A DNA stretch of 64,000 nt, from positions 175,770,001 through 175,834,000 of the forward strand of contig OZ024742.1 in the NCBI GenBank assembly GCA_964016885.1, in the 5' to 3' direction. The notes beneath the pieces were generated by a model. The model saw only the letters and a program-made list of their open reading frames with translations. It was not told the DNA's origin and made no database searches. This document shows, in pieces, positions 40,335 through 53,872 of this stretch (position 1 is its first letter; the number at the start of each line of letters is the position of its first letter). Both the position numbers and the translations under genes were made by a program. Source of the DNA: Eledone cirrhosa (Eukaryota).

Positions 40335-40552
40335 ACCAACCTAATAGCAACAACAGCAAAAACAATACCATGAGCTGAAACATCACCAGTAGCAAGAAGA
40401 ACAGCAGCAGCAACACCACCACCACTAACAACACCACCAATGCCACCACCAACAACAACATCCCCCCCAAACACTACTCCAGCACCAACAACACCCCCCA
40501 CCACCACCAGCAAGATCACCACCATCTCCTCCCCACACCACCAACAACAACG
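40335..40552. repeat. (CAN)n low-complexity tract
   Basis: CAA/CAG/CAC triplet runs. Confidence 0.85.
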
Positions 40553-41209
40553 TCAGTGCAGGTATTATTTGATTTATCTACAATTCTATAGATTCAGCTG
40601 ATCTAATGGGAACAGAAGAGAATATTTTTTCATCATGTTATATCATTTTTTCAGTTACTTGAAGCAGAAGATCCTAGGAATTTTACAAAAATCTCGAGGA
40701 TTAGCCATAAACAAATCCTAGATGCACGTTAATATCACTCTCTCTCTTTTTTTATTCTGACTTTTTGTCATTTTACTATTGATTTTCCCTCCATATATTC
40801 ATTTCTTGTGGCATAGATCTAACCCCGCTTTTCTCTTTTTTTTTTAATTTAAGATAAATATATCAGGAACAAACATTAACCAGAAATGCTGACTTATTAC
40901 AGTATAGATATATGCTTTTCAGAAACAAGTAATATTATATGTCTGCATTTTCCTGGTTTCAGTCATTAGACTGCGGTCATGCTAGAGTAATTCCATGATA
41001 AAATACATCCTGTCAACTCTATGAAGTGGTAGTGCTAATGCTATGTCAAAGAATACATAGAACACTCCATAAAGTGGTAGTGTTGGTGTTATAATAAAAA
41101 TCACCCAGCCCACTTCATAAAGTGGTAATGTTAGTTCCACAAAAAAAGCATTGCGTCCATCCAGGTAGATTGTATGTATGTATGTGTGTGTGTGTGTATA
41201 TATATATAT

Positions 41210-41552
41210 ATTAAAAAAATGAGGTTATTTTTTTCAAAATGAAAAGAAAAAAAATGAGATGTCCTACACGAGTGAAAGTATAAGGAAAAAAGATGAAATC
41301 GAAAATGCAACTGGAGTCTTTTTAAGAATATTTATTTGGTTCATTTACCGGTTTCGCAGTTCTTATGCTTTTCAAAAGTAGAATTGAGATGGAGGATTTG
41401 TGGTTTTTCTCGCATCTCGAGATGCGAGAAAAACCACAAATCCTCCATCTCAATTCTACTTTTGAAAAGCATAAGAACTGCGAAACCGGTAAATGAACCA
41501 AATAAATATTCTTAAAAAGACTCCAGTTGCATTTTCGATTTCGTTCTTTTTT

Positions 41553-41559
<7 letters not shown>
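41210..41559. repeat. Spacerless palindrome (perfect 41295-41542) derived from a probable PLE pseudo-LTR, with unpaired tail on the left
   Basis: Dyad centre in CTC|GAG at 41418/41419; arms carry a degenerate hammerhead TTGAAAA-GCA..TGC-GAAA-CCGG-TA (41454-41497). Confidence 0.9.
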
Positions 41560-41587
<28 letters not shown>

Positions 41588-42104
41588 TACAATGGTTTTC
41601 CACAGTATTTTTTCAATCAGCTGAAAATGAGTGTAGATAACAGCTGGAATTTATCCCTGTCACAGACTAGCCCCCCTTCTAAAATGTGTGTGTTTGTGTG
41701 TGGGGAGGGGGTTGTACTTTCAGTCCCTTAACACCTACGAAGCGAAGATAAGCTCTTGACTTTGTTCAAGAAAAATTGGAAATAAGATAACAGGATAACT
41801 AACTCTCACTACGTCTGTGATGTAAGCCATTTTATACTGAACCAAACACAGATTTCTTGATTTATTTGCAAAGTCTTTTGCTGACCATCAATCATATTCT
41901 GCCTATTATTCCTGTGTCATCTTTTGTCTGATTATCAAAGACATACAGATATAAATTATAATGGAGTAAATCAAAGATATCTTTGATTTCTTTTCATATC
42001 AGGAACAAAAATTTAATAGATAAAGAAAATGCTAGTGTTAGACTTAAAGATTGATTATTAATAATTCGTTAATTGTAAACAAAGATTATGAATAGCAGTA
42101 CCAT

Positions 42105-42580
42105 CATCATTTTTGTCTGTTTTCCTACGATGGCATGGGTTGGACTGGTCTTCTAAAATACAACATCCCTCTATATGCCATTTTCTTTGGTTATCTTCCC
42201 TCCATGAGATCCTCTATCTTGAGATCAGCTTTCAACACTTCTGCCCAAGTTTTCCTCAGTCTTCTTTATTTCCAGCTTCCTTCCACTGGGATCTCTTGGC
42301 ACTTCTCCATGCAATGATTGTCATCAATATGCTCTACATATCCATACCAGTATAGCCTTCTCTCTTGCCCAAGACATCTTATTGCTCCTACACCTAGTTT
42401 TTCTCTCAGTTCATCCACACTCTATCATTCAAGCATATTAACATCATACAGTGCATATTTGATTCAGTTCTCTCCTTTCTGCCTGCTCATATCAACTGTA
42501 TACAATACACAAACCTCATAAACATTCAATATCACAATTCACATGCAGGTTTCCTATAATCGACACTTTGTTCATAAAGA
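42105..42580 (-). mobile_element. Degenerate RTE 3' fragment
   Basis: CCATACCAGTATAGCC (RLYWYG on the reverse strand) and a (CAT)n tail. Confidence 0.65.
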
Positions 42581-44002
42581 AAATTTAAAATATAAAAGAA
42601 TGGGTGTTTCATTTGTTAGTTGGGTAAGTAGACATAAAATATTCTATCTTCATTTCTCTCATGTATGTAATAAGACTCATAGACCTAGTCTAACATTTGT
42701 GAAGTATTGATTTGTTTTTGATAAAATTGTAGCACAGCCCAGTGCAGTCTTTGGGCAATTGGTCTAGAGGCTAATGCTAATCTATGTTGTGGTGTGTATG
42801 TAGGGGGCCCTGGGCATTGCTTTGCCAGGGGGCCCACCTGATTTACAGGCTTAATCCTAATATTTGTATAATGGTATTTGTGAAGGGGTCATAATGCATT
42901 GCTTTGTATGGGTGCTCACCAGGACTAAGGACACAAATCTAATATATTTATGTTAGGTTATGTATGTAAGCGCACCATCGTATTGATTTGCCTGGTGATC
43001 TATAACCTGTCAAGATGATCCTGGCTTAACCCCAGCTCAACTCTGATTAAGCAGACATATAATTGAAGGCATGGACACATCATAGCTGAATGGTCAGGAA
43101 GTTTGCTGTGTATCATTAGGTCTGAGGTTCAATCCCACTGCATATCTTGGGCACATATCATTGTTCAAACTAACAGAGGTAAATGCCATTCCATTAGAAG
43201 CACGGGGGGTTTCAGGCAATTTGGTATCAAAAGGGTTAAACTTGCAACCCTTATTTCCTGTTTTATAGTATCAAAGTTCTATGTAGCCACTATGAAACGA
43301 TCCAGAGTTTGAACTTCACCTCAAGATATCCACTTATGTGAATATATAAATCACAGATCTAAACATATTGTAACAAACAAATTGAATATACCCATGCTGA
43401 TGATTTAAAATACTTAAAGGTGGGGTAATGGTTTTGCTTAACCTGTAAATCAAAGACTTATGATCAATGTATTTCAACTGTGATCCTTCCATTATTTTAT
43501 GTTTTTCAGTAATAGTATATCTAGGACTGCATTGTTCAATGTCGCTTTTTTATTTTAGATGGAATGCTCAGGCACTTACATGTTAATTCCATCAACAAGC
43601 TATTTTGTTTATCAAACTGGAACACTCATTTTTAAAACCCTTAAATATCCATTCTATAATCAAAGGCTATATTATCCAAAGCCATTTTCATTTCAACCCT
43701 CTCATTACAATATTTTAAATAAAATATGCTGCCTATGATTTTACTTTAATTAGGAATATAATCAAGAATTTAAAGAGATTTAGTAATATAACTTTCTCAT
43801 TAATAGACTGTTGTTCGGAACATAAATTCAAAAATTATTCATCTTTGCCCACTTATTTCTCGGAAAGTCATTGGTGCTGAGGCCTCAAGCATACCTTCCA
43901 GCATATCCTGTAAGAAGCAGCTGCCTCCAATTGATCTGGTTGGATCCCCAAGTGAGACAGGCCAAGCTTAAGGATGTTATGCAATCATCTTCTTTTATAT
44001 AA

Positions 44003-44113
44003 TTGTTTCTACTTTTTGGCACAGGGCCAGCAATTACCCAGTACGTTGCTGGTACTTTGTTTTGTCGACCACGGATGATGGGGGGGGGGGGGGGCTCGGC
44101 GGGATTTGAACTC
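44003..44113 (-). mobile_element. Partial Meta/MESC-like SINE
   Basis: TTGTTTCTACTTTTTGGCACAGGGCCAGCAATTACCCAGT matches the family 3' end. Confidence 0.75.
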
Positions 44114-44320
44114 GGAATGGCAATGAAAGCTATACCCATTTTCACAAGAGAAGACATTACTCACCCACCCCAAAGTGGGTGGGAGATCTCCCCATCCGAT
44201 GGGGAGAGATGTCAGGTCTGACCCTTACCAAAACACATCCTGGAATTCTTACAAGCTGGTTTACTGTTCTTGATATTTTCATATTCCCTAATACTGTTAT
44301 CATATTTTATTTGTATAGTA

Positions 44321-44535
44321 GGGCGGCGGATTGGCAGAATCGGTAGAGCGTCAGACATGTTTTGCAGCATAAATTTACGGTTCTTTACATTCTGGGTTCG
44401 GGTCCCGCCGGGGTTGGCTTTGCCTTTCATCCTTGCGGGGACGATGGAGCAGGGTGCCAGTAACGCACTGGGGTCGATTTAATCGACTTTTCCCTCCTCC
44501 CCAAATTATTGGCTTTTCTGCCTGAATCAGAAATG
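44321..44535 (+). mobile_element. Meta/MESC-like SINE, related subfamily with a different 3' tail
   Basis: GGCGGCGGATTGGCAGAATCGGTAGAGCG..GCCTTTCATCC. Confidence 0.8.
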
Positions 44536-45359
44536 ATATTTAATTTGTATAGTGGCAGGAACCCTCACGCTAATAACGACATTTTTATTTTCAAAAATAT
44601 CTTTAAAATGTAACTTATCCGATAATAAATTATTTTGTAAATATTGAAATCATTCCAATAACATTAACCCTGATCGAAACCGTCCCATTCAAAATATTGA
44701 CTTTCTTCTGCAGAAGAAACATTTTTTTTCTCTGAGATTATGATTATTATAGTATTATATAATGTTGTTGTTGTTGACGATGTTGTCGTCGTCGACGTTG
44801 TCGTTGCTGTTGTTAAATTCATGTCGGCATGACCGTAGTGAGATGTCTATGAGATTGGTAATAATTTGAGGAAGATGAAAGTGTTTGTTTGTTTGTTTTT
44901 TTTCCTCTCCAATATTTATATCTGCCTACTTATACTTTTGTACTTGTGTTGTCGTTCGTCCATTTCGAGTATTTTGTAGTTGGAGGGAATCGACTCAGCA
45001 GCATGAATAAATGTCAGAGTTTCGAACAAAATCTAATAAGCCAGCATGGAAGATTCTATCTCCATTTATATTTTCGCTGAGGTTTAAATCCGTTTCGTCT
45101 CCCGATTCTCATTGGGTGTCTTATTTCTGGATAATGTACACATAGTATCAGCCTTGGCTCGAAATCCAAGCCTTTTTTTTAAAAACCGAATGGTATTAAA
45201 TATTTTGGTGTAAGGCACATATAATTATATATCTCTAATATACAGTTATTGTGTTGTGGTAAACAAATGTATACATTTATAGCAGGTCCGAACACAATGG
45301 AACCAAACTCTCACTGTGTCCGTCTCTCCCATCTCTCACTCTTGTGAACAAATGGGTGC

Positions 45360-45566
45360 CCACGCATTGGCCGCCCCGTGAACCCCGCGGACAGAACGGA
45401 GAAGGCGTTTCCCCGGAGGATGGTGAGAGAGACGCACTGGAAGAGTTATTTCAGCTCACGCCAGCGGGTAGCCAACTCTGTGCCGATTGTGATGAGTAGG
45501 GAGGTGGTTCTAGGACCAAGGACACCAGAAGTCACCACTGCTACGGGTTCGACCGCAAACCTGTCA
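45360..45566 (-). pseudogene. C-terminal restriction-like endonuclease region of a CRE-type non-LTR retrotransposon
   Basis: Reverse strand: EPVAVVTSGVLGPRTTSLLITIGTELA..LFQCVSLTILRGNAFSV, resembling the P.A.ET.G..G ... QR.S..IQRGNA signature. Confidence 0.62.
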
Positions 45567-45629
45567 GTTAATAATATTATTGTCCACAAAGCCTATTTGC
45601 TGTGAGTACTATATTGTACTGTTCTCGTG

Positions 45630-45960
45630 AGAGCGTGTGGCTTAGTAGGTAGTGTTCGGTTAACGATTGTAAGGTTATGAGTTCGATTCCAAGTGGTGGG
45701 TTTCGTACTTGAATAAGACACCTTATTTAACGTCGCTTCAGTCAAACCGCTCAGCTAAACAAAAATTGAGTTGAATTCCTGTAATTCAAACGGTCGGCTT
45801 TATTCCCACATTGTGTCAGGCTAAATCTTCCAGAGAATCGCGTTATGGGTACAGATGAGATATCTTGGAATGTTCGGCAACTTCAACCTTAATTTTGCGA
45901 GCAGACTGTTATGTTGTTTGAACAACTAGAACACTCATCGTAGGAACCAACGGAGACCCA
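45630..45960 (+). mobile_element. tRNA-derived SINE, V-domain-like, degenerate
   Basis: TGGCTTAGTAGG A box, GAGTTCGATTCC B box, CTTGAATAAGACACCTTATTT. Confidence 0.65.
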
Positions 45961-47402
45961 ACACTCTTCGGTGATGTGTAATATTCCTATTTTTATTGTT
46001 GTAATTGTGTGTTTGTATTTGCCCAGGGTCGAGCATATAGGTGATAACTAAAGGTACAGCAACCATGAGAAGCACGTCTTTCTCTCGGGCGATTTTATCT
46101 AATCGAAGTAGACCATTGTTATTCCAGATCCAATCACTTGACCGATCAGGGAGGAAGTATCTTCTGACACCCTTGTGAAACATTCAGTTATGCGATTTTG
46201 AGTCAAGCTATGTATATAAACAGATATATATACTCTATGAAATGTATTGAATGCTCTCTTATTTCGGTTATATACACAGCTACATATACGTGCGTGTGTA
46301 TGTCTGTACGTATAAACATATGTACCGATGTACGTGAGTGTGTGTGCATGCATGTATGTATGTATGTATATATGTTCTGGTTTTATAATTTCACAAATTA
46401 CGTATGTATCAAAATGTTTGAGAAAACTTAGAACATCTTTTCAATTTTTTATAAAATGGAATTGCAGGGTATTTTTCAGTGTATTTATACAAATTGTAAA
46501 TTACACTCAGAAAAATTACTTTTTCAGAAGCAGCTTTTTTTTTCTTCCACCAACGTGAACTGATTAATTTTTAAATTCTATTTACCTTGTCTGCAAAGAC
46601 AAAATAAATGGAATTTGTCTATCTGAATTGGCTTTGATGAAGAAATGTCAGCGAGAATAAAAGAAGCAAACATATCAACAAAACAAACCAGTGTATTGTG
46701 TTTTCCTCTTTCACACATGAGTGGTAATGATGTTGGGTTATTAATCTAAAATACTGTCAATAATTCTGTGTGCTTTGGCTACAAACGTTCATAACTACTT
46801 AGAATTTTGGCATCAGTGAAGTAAACCACTACTTGATCCTTGCTAGATGTAACCATTATAATTGCAATTCAGAATCAAATCAACATAAGACTGACACGTT
46901 ATTTGGCAGTAAGAATTAATTTTGAAGATGCAAAACTTGAACCAAAGTCAATCACTCTCAGCAGAAAATACTTTAGAAATTCTAAAACGTCATTTTGTTA
47001 TACCATTTACCAATTCACGGGACAAAAGACCAAGTATTCTAACAAGTTAAACAATAAAACAAAACTAAAATGAAGATGAATAATTTACACTTTATTTCTC
47101 TTCTGCTGACATTTCTATTGAAGGGAACTAATTAAACAATATTAACTCAACATCCTGTACCACATAAAACCCCACCAGCAAGACATTCTAGAAATGTATA
47201 AAACAGCACTGGGACAGCATCGCATTAAAAAATATTAAAGTCTTTATTGCAAGTTTTCACAATAATCTCTCGTCCAATAAAGACACTATAAATATTTGAA
47301 TTAATAAAACGATTATTTAAAGATATTTCCTGCTGAATCATTACAGAATATTAAGGGTTAAACTTAAAATGTAAAACGTTTTATCATTGCTGGTCATTGC
47401 CA

Positions 47403-47907
47403 AGAGTTCAAATCCCGCTGATGTTAAGCTCTGCCTTTCATCCTTACGAGGTCGATAAATTAAAGTACCAGTAATGCACTGGAGTCGATTTAATGGACTT
47501 GTCCTCCCCCAAATCAGAAACCATTATTATGTCGGTAGATTGGATGGTAGAAGGGCGGTGGATTGGCAGTATCGGTAGAGGGGTCGGACGCCATGCTTTC
47601 CAGCATAGTTACGTCCCTTTACGATCTGAGTTCAAATCCCGCCGAGTTTGACTTTGCCTTTCATCCTTATGGGGTCGATAAAATAAAGTACCAGTAATGC
47701 ACTGGGTAATTGCTGGCCCTGTGCCTAAAGTAGAAACAATTATTATGTCGGTAGAGGGTCGGACTCCATGCTTTGACGCATAAAGTTACGGCCCTTGCCG
47801 TTCTGAGTTCAAATCTCGCCGAGGTTAACTTTGCCTTTTATCCTTAAGGGGTCGATAAAATAAAGTACCAGTAATGCAGTGGTGCCAAAAGTAGAAACAA
47901 TTATTAT
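47403..47907 (+). mobile_element. Head-to-tail cluster of three Meta/MESC-like SINEs (partial 47403-47530, full 47552-47745, partial 47746-47907)
   Basis: Three GCCTTT(C/T)ATCCTTA.G.GGTCGATAAA cores; ATTATTATGTCGGTAGA duplicated at about 47523 and 47739. Confidence 0.85.
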
Positions 47908-49351
47908 GTACAAATAAACATCAATTATTTAAGCCTGAAGAAGTGGAGTCACATACTAAATGTCTTACAGTGTTGAGTTGAATCCTATCAGCCAAGACCA
48001 ATTTACATTCCACTAGAGTTAACTTCCACTTTTTCCTCTTCAGGGGTACAATGCAATAAGCATTGTAAGGCCATATTTCAGCAAATGTTACCGTTCTGGT
48101 CCAATGAAAAGCTTCTATATTTTGCCCTATCTTTTGCATCCCTAGTCACCAATCCACTGAATTTCATTTCCTCCTGGTACCACAATAAAATGCATACAGT
48201 AAAAGCATTAGGAAGGGTATACAACAACAAAACATGGGACATATGAGGAAGATGTGGTTATCAAACCAGTAGAGACACAAACCAAGACAACCCATCTAAT
48301 CCAAGCCAGTATGGTAAGCAAACTAATGATGGTGATATAAAGTTGAACATTTATGAAATGAAGAAACAAACCATCTTTTAAAATGACAATGAAATATCAG
48401 GAAGATATTTAAAATACTAATTATGTAATGAAATTAACCATTTCAATAACATTTTTCAACAATTTCATATAAGAACCTTATGTAAAATTATGTTACAAAC
48501 AATGTTGTGATAATGAAATAGTTATTTAAGTAAATCCCTTCAAATTCATTAAATTAATTCCTTCAAATATATGTTAGATCATGTAAAATACAGAAATGAA
48601 AGTGTTAAACTTGTGAGAAATAATTACAAAATAGATATTGCAAAGTGTATAGACAAGTTCAGAAAATACCGTATGGTATAGTGTATGCAAAACTGTCAGT
48701 AATTACATATCTTGAAATAGTAGCTAGAATAGAAGACAAATAAAGATAGATTAGTTCCCAGTAGACATGTTTTATAAAGAATGATAGGATAATGAGCATT
48801 TGTGTGGGTATTATTTGTAATATACACAGACAGAATGTTAGTGGAATCTGGGAGGGGATTGATTTAAATTACTACTTATTATAATTGGAAATGTATGATT
48901 GTGTATGTGATTGAGTGTTGTGTGGGAATGAGTGTGTGAGTAACCTAGTGAGTGAGTTCGCGAGTGCATGTATGAGCATGCATAAGTACTAAGTGTACGT
49001 TTCAGTACAAATATGTGACTGCATCTTGTGATGCTTCTGATAAATCTAGTATGAGAAAAGTAAGTTTTCTCTTCTCCAATATAATCTAAATATATATGTA
49101 CACATACACACACACATATATATGTCTGTATGTACATACATGCATATATATACATGGCCAGATCTAGTGGGGGAAACTTCTGCATACCCTGGCTTTTTGA
49201 AATCTATCAGTCATTTATTGCATAACTCACAATGTTTTGAGTTAACTATACTACTTTATGTATGCACACACACACATATGAATATATATATATGTATATG
49301 TGTATAAATATATATATGTATGTATATATATATGTGTATATATATATATAT

Positions 49352-52012
49352 ATCATCATCATCATCATTTTACGTCTGCTCTTCCCTGCTTGCAAGGGTG
49401 GAACGGGCCTTATTCAGCACATCATCTCACCACTTGTCATGGTAATTTGTCATCTCCACCGTGAGCTTCAGCGATCTGAGGTCTGTTCTCACCACCTCCG
49501 CCCATGGTTTTCGTGGTCTACCTCTACCACGTCTTCCTTCAACTGGCATTTGCTGGCACTTCTTCCCCCATCGGTCATCCTCCATGCGCACTAGACAAGT
49601 CCCTAGTCTCCTCTACCGTACACTACATTCTATCCATCTAAGACAGAGTTTCTCTCTCAACACATTCATGCTGGGTCGTTCACGCACATTGACACTGCAC
49701 ATCCAACGGAGCATGCTTGCCTCATTTCTCTCCAGCCATTGCATATCCTCTACACTTGCTGCCCATGTCTCACTACCATGCAACATCATGCTCCTCACAC
49801 AGGCATCATATAACTGGCCTTTCGTACGCAGGGAGAAACCCTTCTTCGTCAGCAGAGGAAGCAGCTCCCTAAACTTCTTCCAACCCGTCCTTATTCTAGA
49901 TACTATGGCCTCGGAACATGCCCCTCCCATGCTAATCGGGTCTCCTAGGTACTGGAAGCTATCCACCACTTCTATAGCACCCGACTGCATTTGAAAAATG
50001 TGTCTATCAATGCGACTTCTACTGTCTAATTTCCCTGTACATCTACTGCATACATATTTCTCCCTAACTGTTAGTTTGCCTGCTATCCTGCTACATCTCT
50101 TGTGTACCCAGGATCTGCATTGTGTGCATTTTATAGAATTTATGCTAGTTCCTTTTCTGCATATCGAACATGGCCATTTCCCTGATGGAATCAGAGTTTT
50201 GTCCTCTTTTCTACTTATCAACACTTTTGTCTTAGCTAGGTTCACTCTCAGTCCTCTTGCTTCCAACTGCTGTTTCCATAGCCAGAATTTATTCTCTAGC
50301 TCCTCTATTGATTCTGCTATAAGAACTAGATCGTCAGAATAGAGAAGTTCCCATGGACAGCCAGTCTTAAACTCCTCTGTTATGGCTTGGAGGACTATAA
50401 TGAACAAGAGCGGGCTGAGGACCGAAACTTGATGTACTCCTACTTGTATCTGGCATTCCTCACTAAACTCCACTCCTACCCTGACTTTACTGACAGTACC
50501 TCTGTACAAAGTTTGCACTGTCCTCACAAGACATTCCTCAACACCTAGTTTCCTTAGGACCCACCACATGACAGATCTGGGTACCCTATCAAAGGCCTTC
50601 TCTAGGTCAACAAAGGCTAAGTATAGTGGCTTATTTTTCTCTAAGAACCTCTCTTGCAATTGTCTCACCAAGAAGAGGGCATCTGTTGTACTCTTCCCAG
50701 GCACAAAACCAAACTGCATCTCATCTAGTTTGACCCTTTCTCTAATTAGTTGTGCTAATATCCTTTCTGCCACTTTCATAACCTGATCCATCAGTTTTAT
50801 ACCCCTATAATTGCTCCTCTCCAGAGCATCCCCTTTATCTTTGTAGCAATTTATGAGAATACTGCTGCACTAGTCTTTGGGTATGGCACAACCATATATA
50901 GCCTGATTGATGATGTGTGCAACCAGTTTAGTGCCTACGTCCCCTGATGCCTTCAGCATCTCAGCAACTATTCCCGATGGTCCAGTAGTCTTATCATTTT
51001 TCATTTCCTAATCGCCTCTTGGACCCTATATTCGTCAATCTCAATAGCTGGTCCCTCTGTCGAATCTACTGGGGGTAATTTCTCTCTCTCCCATTCGTTC
51101 TCCACATTCATCAGTCTCTCATAATGACATTTCCAGGCCTCTTTTTTCTGATCATTCGTGACACTAAGTACACCGGCATCGTTCCGGACACATTTATCTC
51201 CAACAACATCCTGATTTGCATTGACACACTGCCTTGCAATGAGGAACACCGCACGCCTCTGATCTTCTGTCGCAGAACATAGGCAAACATCCTACTCTCA
51301 GCCTTCCTGCGTGCTAAGTACACCTGACGTCTAGCTTCTCTCTTAGCGGCTGTATATTATTCCCCACTCCCACCCTTTTTCCAAGCCTTCCATGCTATTC
51401 TTTTGTCTCTAATGGCCTTATCTACTGTGCTGTTCCACCACCAGGTCACTCTCTGTCTGGTTGGAGGTCTGCTCCTGCCACAAGTTTCATCAGTACCCTG
51501 CAGTAAGTTGTCATGTAAGAAATTCCAGTTATTATCTATGTCATACGTCTCTAAATCGTCTTCTTTTTCGTCATACATAACTTGAAGGGCTTTCCTAAAT
51601 TTCTATTTTAGTGAAAGGTCTTTTAACTTCCAGACCTTTCTTCTCCACACCTTCCTGTATCTATCATTCCATCTCATGCTTACTGAGATATCACTAACGA
51701 CTAACCTATGCTGAGGGGTACATTCTTCCCCAGGGTATGCCTTGGTATTAGACACTATCTGCCTGTCCCGCTGCCTAACTAATAAGAAGTCAATCTGGCT
51801 TATGTGCTCACCAGATTTGTAGGTTATTAGGTGGTTGGCAGGTTTCTGGAAGTTTGTATTGCAAATAGTCAGTCTACTTGCATCACAAAATTCAAGAAGT
51901 CTCACTCCTTCTTCATTTCTTGAGCTGTAACCATGCCCACCATGTACCCCAGTGTAACCATCCTGGAGCTGTCCAACATGACCATTGAAGTCCCCTGCTA
52001 GCATAACGATGT
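49352..52012 (-). mobile_element. RTE LINE, 5'-truncated within the APE endonuclease, with several stops and frameshifts
   Basis: AGDFNGHVG, SQIDFLL, TPQHRLV (endonuclease); WWWN; LLYSDD (RT); PHD-like Cys cluster; (CAT)n tail. Confidence 0.95.
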
Positions 52013-52029
52013 CTATATATACATATATA

Positions 52030-52699
52030 TCTATCTATCTAAGGCGGGTAAAATTCCCGAGATCCATGGACGAGTTCTCTCCAGCGGTCTCTGTCCCTCA
52101 TTATCGCTGCCATGTCCTGCATCTCCAACAGACCAGTGTCTGTCCTTAGGGCATCAACATACGTTAACCTTGGTCTTCCTCTTCTAGTGTGTCCATGTAG
52201 GGGCTCTCAAAGGAGTACTGAGTGCAATGTCAACTCTGGATGTCGGTGAGCATGTCCAACTAACCTCAGTCTCCTCTGTGTCACTTTTGAGCTGACTTTT
52301 GGGATGCTCCCATACAGCTCTGAGTTTTTCATCCTCAGTGTATACTGATTAATGTTCAGAGCCATCCTCAGCATTCTCGTGTAGCACCCATCCACCATCT
52401 GAGTGAGTTTCTTGGTCAGTGTCCAAGTCTCAGACCCATACAGCAGCACAGACTCCACTACAGCAATGAAGTTGAGAATGAATGAGACTAAAACAAAATA
52501 TCTGGTAGAGAATGTTGAGAAGCCAGGGGGGATCACTAATGTAGGCGGGAAGCCGCTGGAATTGGTTGAAGACTTCCTGTATTTGGGAGCAAAGATTGGG
52601 AATACGGAAGATGATGTGGTTGAGAGGAAGAGCAAGGCCTGGGCGGCGTGCCACAGCTTGAGATCGGTGTGGAATAGAGACCTGAAAATCCGCCCCTTC
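52030..52699 (-). mobile_element. Third RTE-like family, 3' fragment with 5' inversion (52465-52699 on plus strand)
   Basis: Minus strand [28 protein letters not shown]; plus strand [28 protein letters not shown]; (AGAT)n tail. Confidence 0.88.
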
Positions 52700-53376
<677 letters not shown>

Positions 53377-53645
53377 ATAATAATGGAGCTGCGGCGCTGC
53401 AAATGGGTTACATATGAACCAGTTTGTCCCCATCAGTGGCCTTCCAACCGTCGTAGGCATTTCGTCGCATTAAAGGCCATATATCTCAGGTTGGTGCGAG
53501 CAACGGCTAAAAAAATCGTTGAGACACGTAAATAAAGGGGACGCTAGGGTAAACAAACAAAATGGTTTAAGCAACAGTATGTATATATATATATATGTGT
53601 ATATATATACATGTATGCATATGTATGTATATATATATATACATA

Positions 53646-53745
53646 TTGGAGATGCAGGATATGGCAGTGATAATGAGGGACAGAGACCGCTGGAGGGAAC
53701 TCGTCCATGGATCTCGGGAATTTTACCCGCCTTAGATAGATAGAT
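53646..53745 (+). mobile_element. 3' end of the 52030 family in opposite orientation
   Basis: Reverse complement of 52030-52128. Confidence 0.85.
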
Positions 53746-53872
53746 ATATATTTATATATATCATCATCATCATCAACGTTTAATGTCCGTGTTCCACGCT
53801 TGCATGAGTTTGGACGGGGGTTTTCCCACTTGAGGCAAGAGTGATTGTCTTGCTCGCATAGGACTGTCTATA

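Noticed and set aside
40298-40525. Hydrophobic Gly/Val-rich ORF resembling a membrane peptide
   Set aside because: Antisense of a (CAN)n low-complexity tract
45632-45700. tRNA genes (also 20320-20390 and 56535-56617)
   Set aside because: A/B boxes are present but there is no complete cloverleaf, and the sequences run into SINE bodies
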